A DNA stretch of 64,000 nucleotides, taken from the IMG/VR virus record IMGVR_UViG_3300031787_000011. One strand, written 5' to 3'. This DNA comes from a virus. Made by a program: the position numbers and the translations under genes. Position 1 is the stretch's first letter. The number at the start of each line of letters is the position of its first letter. The notes beneath the pieces were generated by a model. The model saw only the letters and a list, made by a program, of their open reading frames with translations. It did no database searches and was not told the origin of the DNA. Positions 40,274-48,141 of the stretch are shown here, in pieces.

Positions 40274-41194
40274 TTAGAGCAGATTTAAATCGTACATTAA
40301 TTGTAAGTCATATTTTTTATATTCTCCATTACTAAAAAATATTCTTTTCATTACTCTTACGCATTCTTCTCTGCCATCAACAAACAAAAATTGAACATTA
40401 GAGTATTTTTGAATTAACTCTCTTACGTTAAAGAACACAAACTCTGGAGTGACTTTGATTTTCTTTGATACATAATTAAGATACTGAAAGCTTAAACACT
40501 CTTGCAAAGGTCGCTCGACTAATACAATTAGATTAGCTTCTGCGGCTATTGATCTTTCTATTTCGCGGCAGAATCTTTCATATCCGCCGCTCATTGTGCC
40601 AATAAAATCAGAGATTGATTTTCTTTCAATGTAGCATTTATTTTCAGGGTCATTAATGGCGTAGTCTCCGAATTTTAAACCCTTAACTTCTGTAGGATAA
40701 TCAATTACAAGAGGCATCTGTTCTCTAGTATCAATAAATATTTTAAATCCTTGTTTTATTTCGCATTTTAATTCTTCTTTTGGATATTGGTATTTGTTCT
40801 TAAAACCAACTTCACCACAAAGCTTATAATAATCAGAGAAAAGACTGTGATAATAAGGAATGGGAGGGCTAGTAATAGAGCGAAGCTCCACTTCAGTAGG
40901 CGCATAAATTAAATTATGTTTTTCTTTTCTTTGAGATAGGAGTTTTCTTAAATATTCTTTTTGAATGGTTAAATCTTGTAGCTTTAGCCATTTTTTCATG
41001 GAGATTTTATTATTAAAATCATTTGAGAAGTAATAGTCCTTGTTTTTAAAGTTTATTAATTCTCCAGTGAGTAAATCATATCTTGGCTCATGAGTTTGGT
41101 AGTATTCTACCATTCTCAATTTGTGAGACTTGAGATGCCCATGAAAAGCTTTGTCTGTTTCGAATTCTAAATTGCAAATTTTACATTTAACCAT
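40274..41194 (-). CDS. C2H2 zinc finger plus ERCC4 (XPF-type) nuclease
   Basis: CKIC...H...H at the N-terminus; IFIDTREQ, GDY and IERKS..DF are ERCC4 signatures. Confidence 0.85.
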   Translation of the reverse strand: MVKCKICNLEFETDKAFHGHLKSHKLRMVEYYQTHEPRYDLLTGELINFKNKDYYFSNDFNNKISMKKWLKLQDLTIQKEYLRKLLSQRKEKHNLIYAPTEVELRSITSPPIPYYHSLFSDYYKLCGEVGFKNKYQYPKEELKCEIKQGFKIFIDTREQMPLVIDYPTEVKGLKFGDYAINDPENKCYIERKSISDFIGTMSGGYERFCREIERSIAAEANLIVLVERPLQECLSFQYLNYVSKKIKVTPEFVFFNVRELIQKYSNVQFLFVDGREECVRVMKRIFFSNGEYKKYDLQLMYDLNLL

Positions 41195-42275
41195 CTAATA
41201 CTTCCTCCTCAGTCAAACCAAAAATTCTGGCTTTAACGTCATCCATAGATGATAAGCGCCCGACTTCTGCTTTTAAAATTTCTCTTCTCATATCAGCCAT
41301 TTTTATCATTTCTTTTCTGGTTTCTTCATCTTTCCACATTTGAACTAGATTAAGAATAGAGGCATTTTCTTTTACTTGATTGGAAAGTCTTTCGCTACGC
41401 TTTACTTTTAAGTCATTAAGGAGTTTTTGCTGGCGAGTTACGCATTGATTGTATTCTGTGCGAGCAGAAGTAACTGCTTCGATTAATGGCATCGGAATTC
41501 TATTGCCAGCGGAGACTTCATTATCAATTTGCTCTTGAAGAGTTTGGATTGTGCGCTGAATATTCGCAGAGATTACAACTTCTGTAGATAATATGATATA
41601 TTGATCTACTTCTTCTTGCGTCAAATCTCCTTTATCATATGCGTATCTAATAAAACTACTCTCGAATAATTCTCTGTCTTCATTTGTGACATATGTTCCA
41701 ATCTGGTGGCCGAATCTAAATGTGTGAAGATAAGATATTAGAGAAGTTAGATCTTTTTTTTGCCTTGCTGTAAGCTTATCCTTGTCTAAACCGTTAAGAA
41801 CATATTTATTTACTCTAACTAAAGCTCTCTCAAGGTTTTTGGGTGGTTTATATTCGCCTTGGTCGTCTTCTCTGTCTGAAGTATTCGCTTGTATATTTTT
41901 AGGAAGAGTGTCAAGATATTCTTGGACGCTTCTTGCCTCTATGGAAAGATTTGTTAAACCATAATTATTAAAAAGTTCTCTAGCTAAGTCTACTGCCGTC
42001 ATCATAGCGGCATTATTAACAATATAGTCTTTCTGATCTTGAGTAAAATCTATTCTGTCTTTTGGAGTGTATTCGCTTTTAGTTTTGACTTTGAGTTCTC
42101 TAGAAGCTAAGAAATTTTTCACGGCCTTACCCTGTTTGCTTCTGCCATCTACATTTGGAATGTCTGGGAAAGCTATCTGGGTAAGCTCTTGCAAACTCGG
42201 AGGATTGTCTTTTCTGTCGTTCCAAGTTTTAATTATAATATCTTTTTGCTCTTGAGTTAAGTCTATGTCATTCAT
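41187..42275 (-). CDS. Hypothetical protein, candidate small terminase or packaging factor
   Basis: HTH-like N-terminus plus coiled coil; two genes upstream of terL. Confidence 0.4.
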   Translation of the reverse strand: MNDIDLTQEQKDIIIKTWNDRKDNPPSLQELTQIAFPDIPNVDGRSKQGKAVKNFLASRELKVKTKSEYTPKDRIDFTQDQKDYIVNNAAMMTAVDLARELFNNYGLTNLSIEARSVQEYLDTLPKNIQANTSDREDDQGEYKPPKNLERALVRVNKYVLNGLDKDKLTARQKKDLTSLISYLHTFRFGHQIGTYVTNEDRELFESSFIRYAYDKGDLTQEEVDQYIILSTEVVISANIQRTIQTLQEQIDNEVSAGNRIPMPLIEAVTSARTEYNQCVTRQQKLLNDLKVKRSERLSNQVKENASILNLVQMWKDEETRKEMIKMADMRREILKAEVGRLSSMDDVKARIFGLTEEEVLDG

Positions 42276-42952
42276 ACGTCTACTTCTCCATTAGCGAGGC
42301 TGTCTTTTGCTTTTTTTATTATAGATTTTTGTATATTACGAAGCTGTTTGTTGTAGGTCGTTTTGGCTTTTTTATCGTATTTAAAATTTAAATATTTGCA
42401 AACATATTCCTCGGTTTTATTTTGAATATATAATAAATCATACACTTTCCACTCTATCGGTTTTAAAACCTTTTTCATTCTTTCGTGTAAATTGGCCGCT
42501 GCTTTTTGTATATTGTATTCTGGAGTTGTTTGATTATTTATTTCGTAGGAATGGTCTTCTACAGATACAGTCATTTTTAAATCGTAAGCATTTTTCTTTG
42601 TTTTTAGCCAATTACTAAACATCGGGCATCCTTTGTCTTGCTTACCATATATTTTGCACTCATTTTCTCCTACCGCAGCAGCACATTTTAAACATGGGCG
42701 TGCATAATTACCATAATTATTTCTAATTAAGTTTTTAATCTGATTGGATATTATTCTATTTATCCAAGGAAGGATCGGTTTGCGCTCATCATAAAGGCCC
42801 CATTTTTTGTATATATGGAATCTAATAATTTGAGATACATCCTCAAAGTCAATCCAATTAAGCGCGGATAATGTCCATTTGTTTTTTCTCTTTACTATTT
42901 CCGTGTTAATTAAGTTGATATAATTTTCGAACTTTAATTTATTCTTCTTCAT
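42272..42952 (-). CDS. Phage sigma70/ECF-like sigma factor with a Cys-rich insert
   Basis: Region-2-like DFEDVSQ...YDERKPILPWINRIISNQIKNLIR; region-4-like LKPIEWKVYDLLY. Confidence 0.75.
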   Translation of the reverse strand: MKKNKLKFENYINLINTEIVKRKNKWTLSALNWIDFEDVSQIIRFHIYKKWGLYDERKPILPWINRIISNQIKNLIRNNYGNYARPCLKCAAAVGENECKIYGKQDKGCPMFSNWLKTKKNAYDLKMTVSVEDHSYEINNQTTPEYNIQKAAANLHERMKKVLKPIEWKVYDLLYIQNKTEEYVCKYLNFKYDKKAKTTYNKQLRNIQKSIIKKAKDSLANGEVDV

Positions 42953-43325
42953 TCATGGTTTGCCGAGAAGGGTAATATCCTGCTTCTCGTTTAAAATCTT
43001 CTAACGCCTGTTCTTTGCTGATCCTTGGGGCGCTAAAAGTTGGTTCGTCTGCACTTTGACCATTGTGTGTTCCCATTAAATTGTTTAATTTTACTCCTCT
43101 TTGAGGTTTTATATCTATATCAAAATCTAGCTTGGAGATATCTGGCACTCTTTCTGCAGTAATTTCTTCTTCTGGTTCTTGTTGTGTAATTCTAGGGGTA
43201 GTCTTTACTGTTTTTTGTATGAAAGAGGAAGCAATAATAAAACTAGAGCCGCAGCCAGAACAAAACTTTGGTTTATCAAAGGAATATTCTGTTGCGTTGC
43301 CACATTTTTGACAATAGATCTTCAT
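42939..43325 (-). CDS. Zinc-ribbon protein
   Basis: YCQKCG...KFCSGCG. Confidence 0.7.
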   Translation of the reverse strand: MKIYCQKCGNATEYSFDKPKFCSGCGSSFIIASSFIQKTVKTTPRITQQEPEEEITAERVPDISKLDFDIDIKPQRGVKLNNLMGTHNGQSADEPTFSAPRISKEQALEDFKREAGYYPSRQTMNEEE

Positions 43326-43344
43326 ATTAAGAATTATACACTAT

Positions 43345-43641
43345 ATGCCTAAAAAAACCACTAAAAGTTTTAAATTTAAAACAGATAAAGGCATAGAATA
43401 TTCTGTAAGCAAAATAAAAATCCCGGCTAAAGATAAAGCTGAAGGATTGTGCGACTCTCCAGAGAATGAATCTCCTCAAATATTTATAGAAAACTCTCTC
43501 TTGCCGCGAAGAGAAATGGCTGTTACTATTGAAGAGTTCGCTCATGCTTTCTTTTGGGATAAATCAGAGAAGAATGTTCGCAAATTTGCGGCAGTTTTAA
43601 CAAAATATTTATACGCGAACGGTTGGAGAAAAGGTCTTTAG
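43345..43641 (+). CDS. Zincin-like small protein (EExxH variant)
   Basis: EGLCD...QIFIEN...VTIEEFAHA..W..SE..V; the only credible plus-strand gene in the window. Confidence 0.6.
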   Translation: MPKKTTKSFKFKTDKGIEYSVSKIKIPAKDKAEGLCDSPENESPQIFIENSLLPRREMAVTIEEFAHAFFWDKSEKNVRKFAAVLTKYLYANGWRKGL

Positions 43642-44337
43642 TTTTTTGACTATAAATTTTACTAGATCACTTCTCTTGATGTCGTCTTCGGTGAATTGGA
43701 AAGAATAGATTCCCTTTTCTTGGCTTTCTTGGTCGCTGAAAATAGATTGAAGTTTGTCAAAGCCACCAGATTTACCATTGCCCAAGTCTGATTGGTCAGG
43801 ATCAGCGAGAATAAAACACTTACTGAACTCTCCAACTCTTGTCATTAAGGTTACAATTTCCTTTTGGGTGCAATTTTGAGCTTCATCAAGGATAATAGCC
43901 TTACAGTTCCAACTCATGCCGCGCACGAATGATAAAGGATGGCTTTGAATTCTTCCTTGGTTGTTTAGGGCTTCAATATATTGTCTTGATAGCAATTCTT
44001 CTAACTTGTCAGCGAATGGTAGATTGTAGTATTTAAGCTTTTCATCTGCATCTCCGGGCAGGTATCCAATTTTGCTGTCGCTGCTCTCTACTGGAGATCT
44101 AATATACATTATGTCACTAACTTTTTTGTCTTTTATTAATTGGAGGGCGCAGTAGATGCTCAACAACGTCTTAGAAGACCCGGCGGGGCCGCTAATAAAC
44201 ATCATTTTTACATCCTTATTCAGGGCAATATCAATGAAGGCTTTTTGTTTGTCTGTCCAGTTTAGTTCTCTTATCTTTAGCTCTTCCTTAAACTTATCGC
44301 GCTGAAGGATTTTCGGTGACTTATCTTGTTTTGACAT
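43609..44337 (-). CDS. phoH: PhoH family ATPase
   Basis: GPAGSSKT, IGYLPGD, FVRGMS, IILDEAQN, TRVGE, DPDQSD, DIKRS; start taken at MSKQDK. Confidence 0.95.
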   Translation of the reverse strand: MSKQDKSPKILQRDKFKEELKIRELNWTDKQKAFIDIALNKDVKMMFISGPAGSSKTLLSIYCALQLIKDKKVSDIMYIRSPVESSDSKIGYLPGDADEKLKYYNLPFADKLEELLSRQYIEALNNQGRIQSHPLSFVRGMSWNCKAIILDEAQNCTQKEIVTLMTRVGEFSKCFILADPDQSDLGNGKSGGFDKLQSIFSDQESQEKGIYSFQFTEDDIKRSDLVKFIVKKLKTFSPTVRV

Positions 44338-44359
44338 TAAAGGTATTATATAAGAAAAA

Positions 44360-44392
44360 CAAAAAACCCCTAAGTTTTTCAACCTAGGGGTA
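44360..44392 (-). terminator. Intrinsic terminator after the outer-membrane protein gene
   Basis: ACCCCTA...TAGGGGT inverted repeat plus T-tract. Confidence 0.65.
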
Positions 44393-44414
44393 AATTTAAT
44401 TTATTTATTAGTTA

Positions 44415-45113
44415 TTAGAAGGTCCAGCGCAAACCACCAGCACCAACTACCTCGCCGTCCAATTCCTTGCGGGCAAAGTTAAAATTAGCAACATCAAAGT
44501 CATTCTTGATGTAAGTGGCCTCGGCAAATACAGTTAGATGCTCAAATAGAGTCTTGCTGATTCCAATCTTAGCAATAGCATTAGCAGAATCGCTGAGCTT
44601 AATGTACTCCAAAGCAGGAGTAACAGTGAACCAACCAAATACGCTGGTTGGGCGCTCAATGCCGACGCCATATCCATATTGATCTAGATTAATGTCATAT
44701 ACGCCCTTGGCATAAGGAGTAAAGAACTTGTTCTGTAGAGCAACCTTGATATTTGCTTCTGTGGAATTTGGGATATTTGGGTCGCCAGCTTGGTGACGAA
44801 TTACTGAGCCGTCCGTACGCAAGGTCACGCCTTCGAATACTTCAAAGCCCTTTCCTACATTGAAAGCCCAGTGGCTTTCATCGAGATTCTCGCTAACTGG
44901 GAGAATTGTTCCAGACACCCCTACATCAATGCCATAGTATGTTGAACCAAGACCAACTCCTGCAAAAGGAGTAGCCTTAGTACGAGACAAGCCGTTCACA
45001 AGGTACGTTGAGGTGTACCCGGCCTCAAAAGAGGCGCGAACCGGGGCATTTTGGGCAAAGGCCGCTGTAGTTAGTGTTGCAATTAATAGTGCTAGTTTTA
45101 AGAATTTATTCAT
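44415..45113 (-). CDS. Outer-membrane beta-barrel protein (porin-like)
   Basis: Sec signal (MNKFLKLALLIATLTTAAFA), amphipathic beta strands, C-terminal GLRWTF beta-signal. Confidence 0.8.
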   Translation of the reverse strand: MNKFLKLALLIATLTTAAFAQNAPVRASFEAGYTSTYLVNGLSRTKATPFAGVGLGSTYYGIDVGVSGTILPVSENLDESHWAFNVGKGFEVFEGVTLRTDGSVIRHQAGDPNIPNSTEANIKVALQNKFFTPYAKGVYDINLDQYGYGVGIERPTSVFGWFTVTPALEYIKLSDSANAIAKIGISKTLFEHLTVFAEATYIKNDFDVANFNFARKELDGEVVGAGGLRWTF

Positions 45114-45486
45114 AGCATATTATTGTTACACCTATATGAGATTTTGTCAAGAAAAAAAAAGACCCTTAGAGAGAAAAAGCCCCGGGTAGATTTTGTTTTT
45201 GTTATTTTTGTTATGCGGCCTATGGCCTCCCATATAAGTAAATTAAGGATAAATAAAGGATAAAGAGGGGAAGAGTTTTGTTTTTTTTGTTTTGTATCTT
45301 AAAAGACCCATAAGAAAGAAATGCCTCTGGGATTTTTTTATTTTGATTTATTAGAAGAATAAAATTGAAGAGGGGAGAATGAAAAAAGGGCCCCCCCGCG
45401 CGCCCCCAAACGGCCCGGATTGTACCATTTCAAAAAGGGGCTGTCAAGCAAAAAAAGAAAAAAAATTTCGCGCCCAGGCTGCGGAC

Positions 45487-45659
45487 TTGGCACGGTTCTT
45501 GAATCGCGCAAAAGTGGAGGGATTGGCACGGAAATTGACGGGGGAGCTTGGCACGATTTCTGTCGGGCAGGTTCCATGCCAAGGCATCGAATCCGGCCAC
45601 CGCGGACACTTTTCTCGAAGAAAAGTTCACTTTTCGGAAAGTTGGCACACTTTTATTGC
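45487..45659. promoter_or_regulatory. Cluster of five sigma54-type (-24/-12) TGGCAY boxes
   Basis: TGGCACG-N4-TTGA at 45488 and 45524; TGGCACG-N4-CTGT at 45549; minus-strand TGGCATG-N4-CTGC at 45581-45567; TGGCACA at 45643. Confidence 0.5.
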
Positions 45660-45807
45660 CCCGCTGGCGCATTTTGTCCAATTGCAAATCGAGTGCAAAT
45701 GCCAATAAATAACGATAACGTAACCGGGGCCGCTGTAGGGGTAGCGGAAGGCGTTTTCGATTCAAAAGGTAACGATAACGAAAGCATTGCAGCTCTAGGT
45801 ATGTTTT

Positions 45808-46018
45808 GGGGGGGTTGGGGGCAGGCAGGCAGGCGGGGCAGGCAGGCAGGCGGGGCAGGCAGGCAGGCAGGCAGGCAGGCGGGGGCAGGCAGGCGGGGGC
45901 AGGCAGGCGGGGGCAGGCAGGCAGGCAGGCGGGGGCAGGCGGGGGCAGGCAGGCGGGGGCAGGCAGGCAGGCAGGCGGGGGCAGGCGGGGGCAGGCAGGC
46001 AGGCGGGGCAGGGGCAGG
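45808..46018 (+). repeat. G-rich tandem repeat (GGCA)n interrupted by G4-5 runs
   Basis: About 200 bp with no T on the plus strand after 45816. Confidence 0.95.
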
Positions 46019-46023
46019 AAACG

Positions 46024-46052
46024 AAAAGGCCCCCGGCGGGGAGCCGGGGGCC
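46024..46052 (-). terminator. Intrinsic terminator after the small Ala-rich gene
   Basis: GGCCCCCGGC/GCCGGGGGCC stem plus TTTT on the minus strand. Confidence 0.85.
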
Positions 46053-46071
46053 GTGAGCGGGGGCCGGAGGT

Positions 46072-46335
46072 TTAGCCCTTCACCACTTTGAAGCTGTGGA
46101 AGCGGTCTTCCCGCTCCGCGATTGCGGCGACGGGCCGGACGGTGTAGATCGCCGCGACCTCCATCGAGCGGTCGTCGGACTTCAAAAGGACCGACTCGGC
46201 GGGGAGGCCGAGGGCCTCGGCGGCGACCTTGGCGGCCTTGGCGGCGGCGGCGGCAGCGGCGGCGGTGGCCCGCTTTTCCTCCAGCAGGGCGGCGAAGGCG
46301 GAAAGATCGGCGGCGGAAACGGTCTTGGTTTTCAT
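46072..46335 (-). CDS. Small Ala-rich hypothetical protein (87 aa, MKTKTVSAADL)
   Basis: Lies between a promoter/leader repeat and a terminator; GC3-rich codons. Confidence 0.7.
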   Translation of the reverse strand: MKTKTVSAADLSAFAALLEEKRATAAAAAAAAKAAKVAAEALGLPAESVLLKSDDRSMEVAAIYTVRPVAAIAEREDRFHSFKVVKG

Positions 46336-46355
46336 GCTGTAGCTTTTCGGATCGG

Positions 46356-46437
46356 ACAACCGGGAACCCCCCGGCGGGGGCCGGTGGCAACGGCCACCGA
46401 CAGGGACACTCTCCGCGATTGCCGTTCCGTTGTCAAA
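46356..46437 (-). promoter_or_regulatory. Promoter plus double-hairpin leader, copy 1
   Basis: TTGACA-17-GAGAGT, then CGGTGG/CCACCG and CCCCC/GGGGG hairpins; near-identical to 47563-47643. Confidence 0.75.
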
Positions 46438-46446
46438 CCCGAATTG

Positions 46447-46478
46447 AAAAGAAAAGGCCCGGGGTTTCCCCCGGGCTT
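46447..46478 (-). terminator. Intrinsic terminator after the DUF932 operon
   Basis: GCCCGGGG/CCCCGGGC stem plus TTTTCTTTT. Confidence 0.85.
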
Positions 46479-46481
46479 GCT

Positions 46482-46547
46482 TCACTCGTCTGACAGGACC
46501 GCCAGCACCGCCAGCAGCAGGGCCAGCAGCAGGGCCACCGCGATCAT
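46482..46547 (-). CDS. 21-aa hydrophobic micropeptide MIAVALLLALLLAVLAVLSDE
   Basis: ATGA overlap with the DUF932 stop; ends immediately before the terminator. Confidence 0.6.
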   Translation of the reverse strand: MIAVALLLALLLAVLAVLSDE

Positions 46548-47542
46548 GCGACGGTGACCGCCCCCCGGCGAGCATCCGCCAGCGCGTCCGCGCCTTCCGC
46601 CGCCATCCGATCCCATCCGCCCGGGGCCGCGATTGCCGCCGCAAACGCTGACTTGCGGTCAGCGTTGCCCCCGAATTCGGAGGACTGCCACCGGCCAAAC
46701 GCATCCCGACGGGAGGAGGAGCCGACCAGCCCTTGCCCGAAAACCTCGGTGAAACCGTTCAGAACGTCCAACCGGGACGTTCCCGCATTGCCCCGGCCCG
46801 ACCGGAAACCCGCGACCAGATCGTCCAGCAGGTTGCTGGACCGCGCCGACCGCAGATCCGCCCCGTTCCCGGCGAGGTCCGCCGCGTACACCGCCCGGGC
46901 CTTGTCCGCCGTAGCGGGGAGGGCTTCAAGCCCCCGCAGGGTCTCGTTCCAGATCTTCGCCATGCCTACCGTCTCGCCCAGAGCGCCCCGGGAAGCCTCC
47001 AGCCGTCCCGCGAAACCCTTGGTGAGTTTCGAGGAAAACAACGCCCGACCCGCCCGGGCAACCCGGACCGTGTTTGCGCACACGGCGACCGTGTGCGTCA
47101 AATTGAAGGATGGCGATTGGCTCTTGTCCAATCCTCCCGAGGCGGTCAGCTTGAACGCCTCCCCCCGAGGGGCGACCCCGGCCAACTCATCCAAGGAAAA
47201 GGTGACGAACCACCGCGACCTGTCGAAGATCATCCCCAACGATTCCACCCGGTGACCCGTCCCGGCCAGCACCTCTTCGAGGTAGGCCATAGCGTCCCGG
47301 GGAGTGAAAAGGGAATAAGAGGCCCCGAAAGCGGTCCCCACCGGAAGGCCATCGTCCGCCGAGATCGGAACGGCCATCCCGTCCCACTCCCGCAACTGGT
47401 CGCCCACCGTGTAGGTCAGGGGGGCGGCGATGATTTCCGGGAAAGCATCCGCCCCGATCACCGGGAGAATCCGGGTCTGACGGTGCCACGCCTGCTCAAG
47501 CCCGACTTGAAAGTCGCGGCTGGTTTCGAGTCCTGATGACAT
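46544..47542 (-). CDS. DUF932 / phage-plasmid LGT-associated protein
   Basis: AWH motif, VESLG, VAVCANTVRVA, GTSRLDVLNGFTE. Confidence 0.75.
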   Translation of the reverse strand: MSSGLETSRDFQVGLEQAWHRQTRILPVIGADAFPEIIAAPLTYTVGDQLREWDGMAVPISADDGLPVGTAFGASYSLFTPRDAMAYLEEVLAGTGHRVESLGMIFDRSRWFVTFSLDELAGVAPRGEAFKLTASGGLDKSQSPSFNLTHTVAVCANTVRVARAGRALFSSKLTKGFAGRLEASRGALGETVGMAKIWNETLRGLEALPATADKARAVYAADLAGNGADLRSARSSNLLDDLVAGFRSGRGNAGTSRLDVLNGFTEVFGQGLVGSSSRRDAFGRWQSSEFGGNADRKSAFAAAIAAPGGWDRMAAEGADALADARRGAVTVA

Positions 47543-47562
47543 AACTTTGGATTGCTGAACTA

Positions 47563-47643
47563 ACAACCGGGAACCCCCCGGCGGGGGCCGGTGGAACGCC
47601 CACCGACAGGGACACTCTCCGCGATTGCCTTTCCGCCGTCAAA
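47563..47643 (-). promoter_or_regulatory. Promoter plus double-hairpin leader, copy 2
   Basis: TTGACG-17-GAGAGT and the same hairpins with a different loop. Confidence 0.75.
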
Positions 47644-47705
47644 TCTAAATTGCGGGAAATTTCGCCCAGGTATGTTTCAGGGGTAAAACATTGTCCTGGG
47701 CTATC

Positions 47706-47876
47706 GGGGGCCGGGGGGCCAGCGGGGGCCGGGGGGGCCAGCGGGGGCTGGGGGGCCAGCGGGGGCTGGGGGGCCAGCGGGGGCCGGGGGGCCAGCGGGG
47801 GCCGGGGGGCCAGCGGGGGCTGGGGGGCCAGCGGGGGCCGGGGGGCCAGCGGGGGCCGGGGGCGGGGGCGGGGGCG
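47706..47876 (+). repeat. 18-bp G-rich tandem repeat GGGGGCYGGGGGGCCAGC
   Basis: About 8-9 copies visible. Confidence 0.95.
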
Positions 47877-48000
47877 CACTATTTGCCCCTATTTGCACAA
47901 AATTGCACAAACTTCATTCTATTTCCCTTTTTATTATCTAAAACTTGGCAAACAAAAAACCCCTCTATTTCTAGAGAGGCTGGCATTATTTCTTTATTTA

Positions 48001-48141
48001 TTATTTGAAGAAGTAAATTCTTGCAGATAAGAGAAACCCTATTACAAAATAACTTATTGCTATTTCTATTCCTGCGCTCTTGGACAAAATAAAGGAAACA
48101 AAAGAAATCCCAACCATTGCCAAGAAGGAAAGTATTTTCAT
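48001..48141 (-). CDS. 46-aa membrane micro-protein (MKILSFLAMV...)
   Basis: Manual translation; ATGA overlap with the upstream ORF. Confidence 0.5.
   Translation of the reverse strand: MKILSFLAMVGISFVSFILSKSAGIEIAISYFVIGFLLSARIYFFK

Noticed and set aside
1751-42255. Plus-strand and off-frame ORFs in the ORF track across the structural module
   Set aside because: They are antisense or frame shadows of well-supported minus-strand genes; those at 20437, 21841, 24109 and 26794 arise from the 9-bp repeats
45385-47880. Insertion sequence or other mobile element
   Set aside because: No transposase, integrase, terminal inverted repeats or target duplication seen; the promoters resemble the phage's own
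45338-48030. Many long overlapping ORFs in the GC island (e.g. 45420, 45653, 46554, 46733, 47496, 47650)
   Set aside because: Stop codons are scarce in GC-rich and repeat DNA; these ORFs cross terminators and repeats and give low-complexity products
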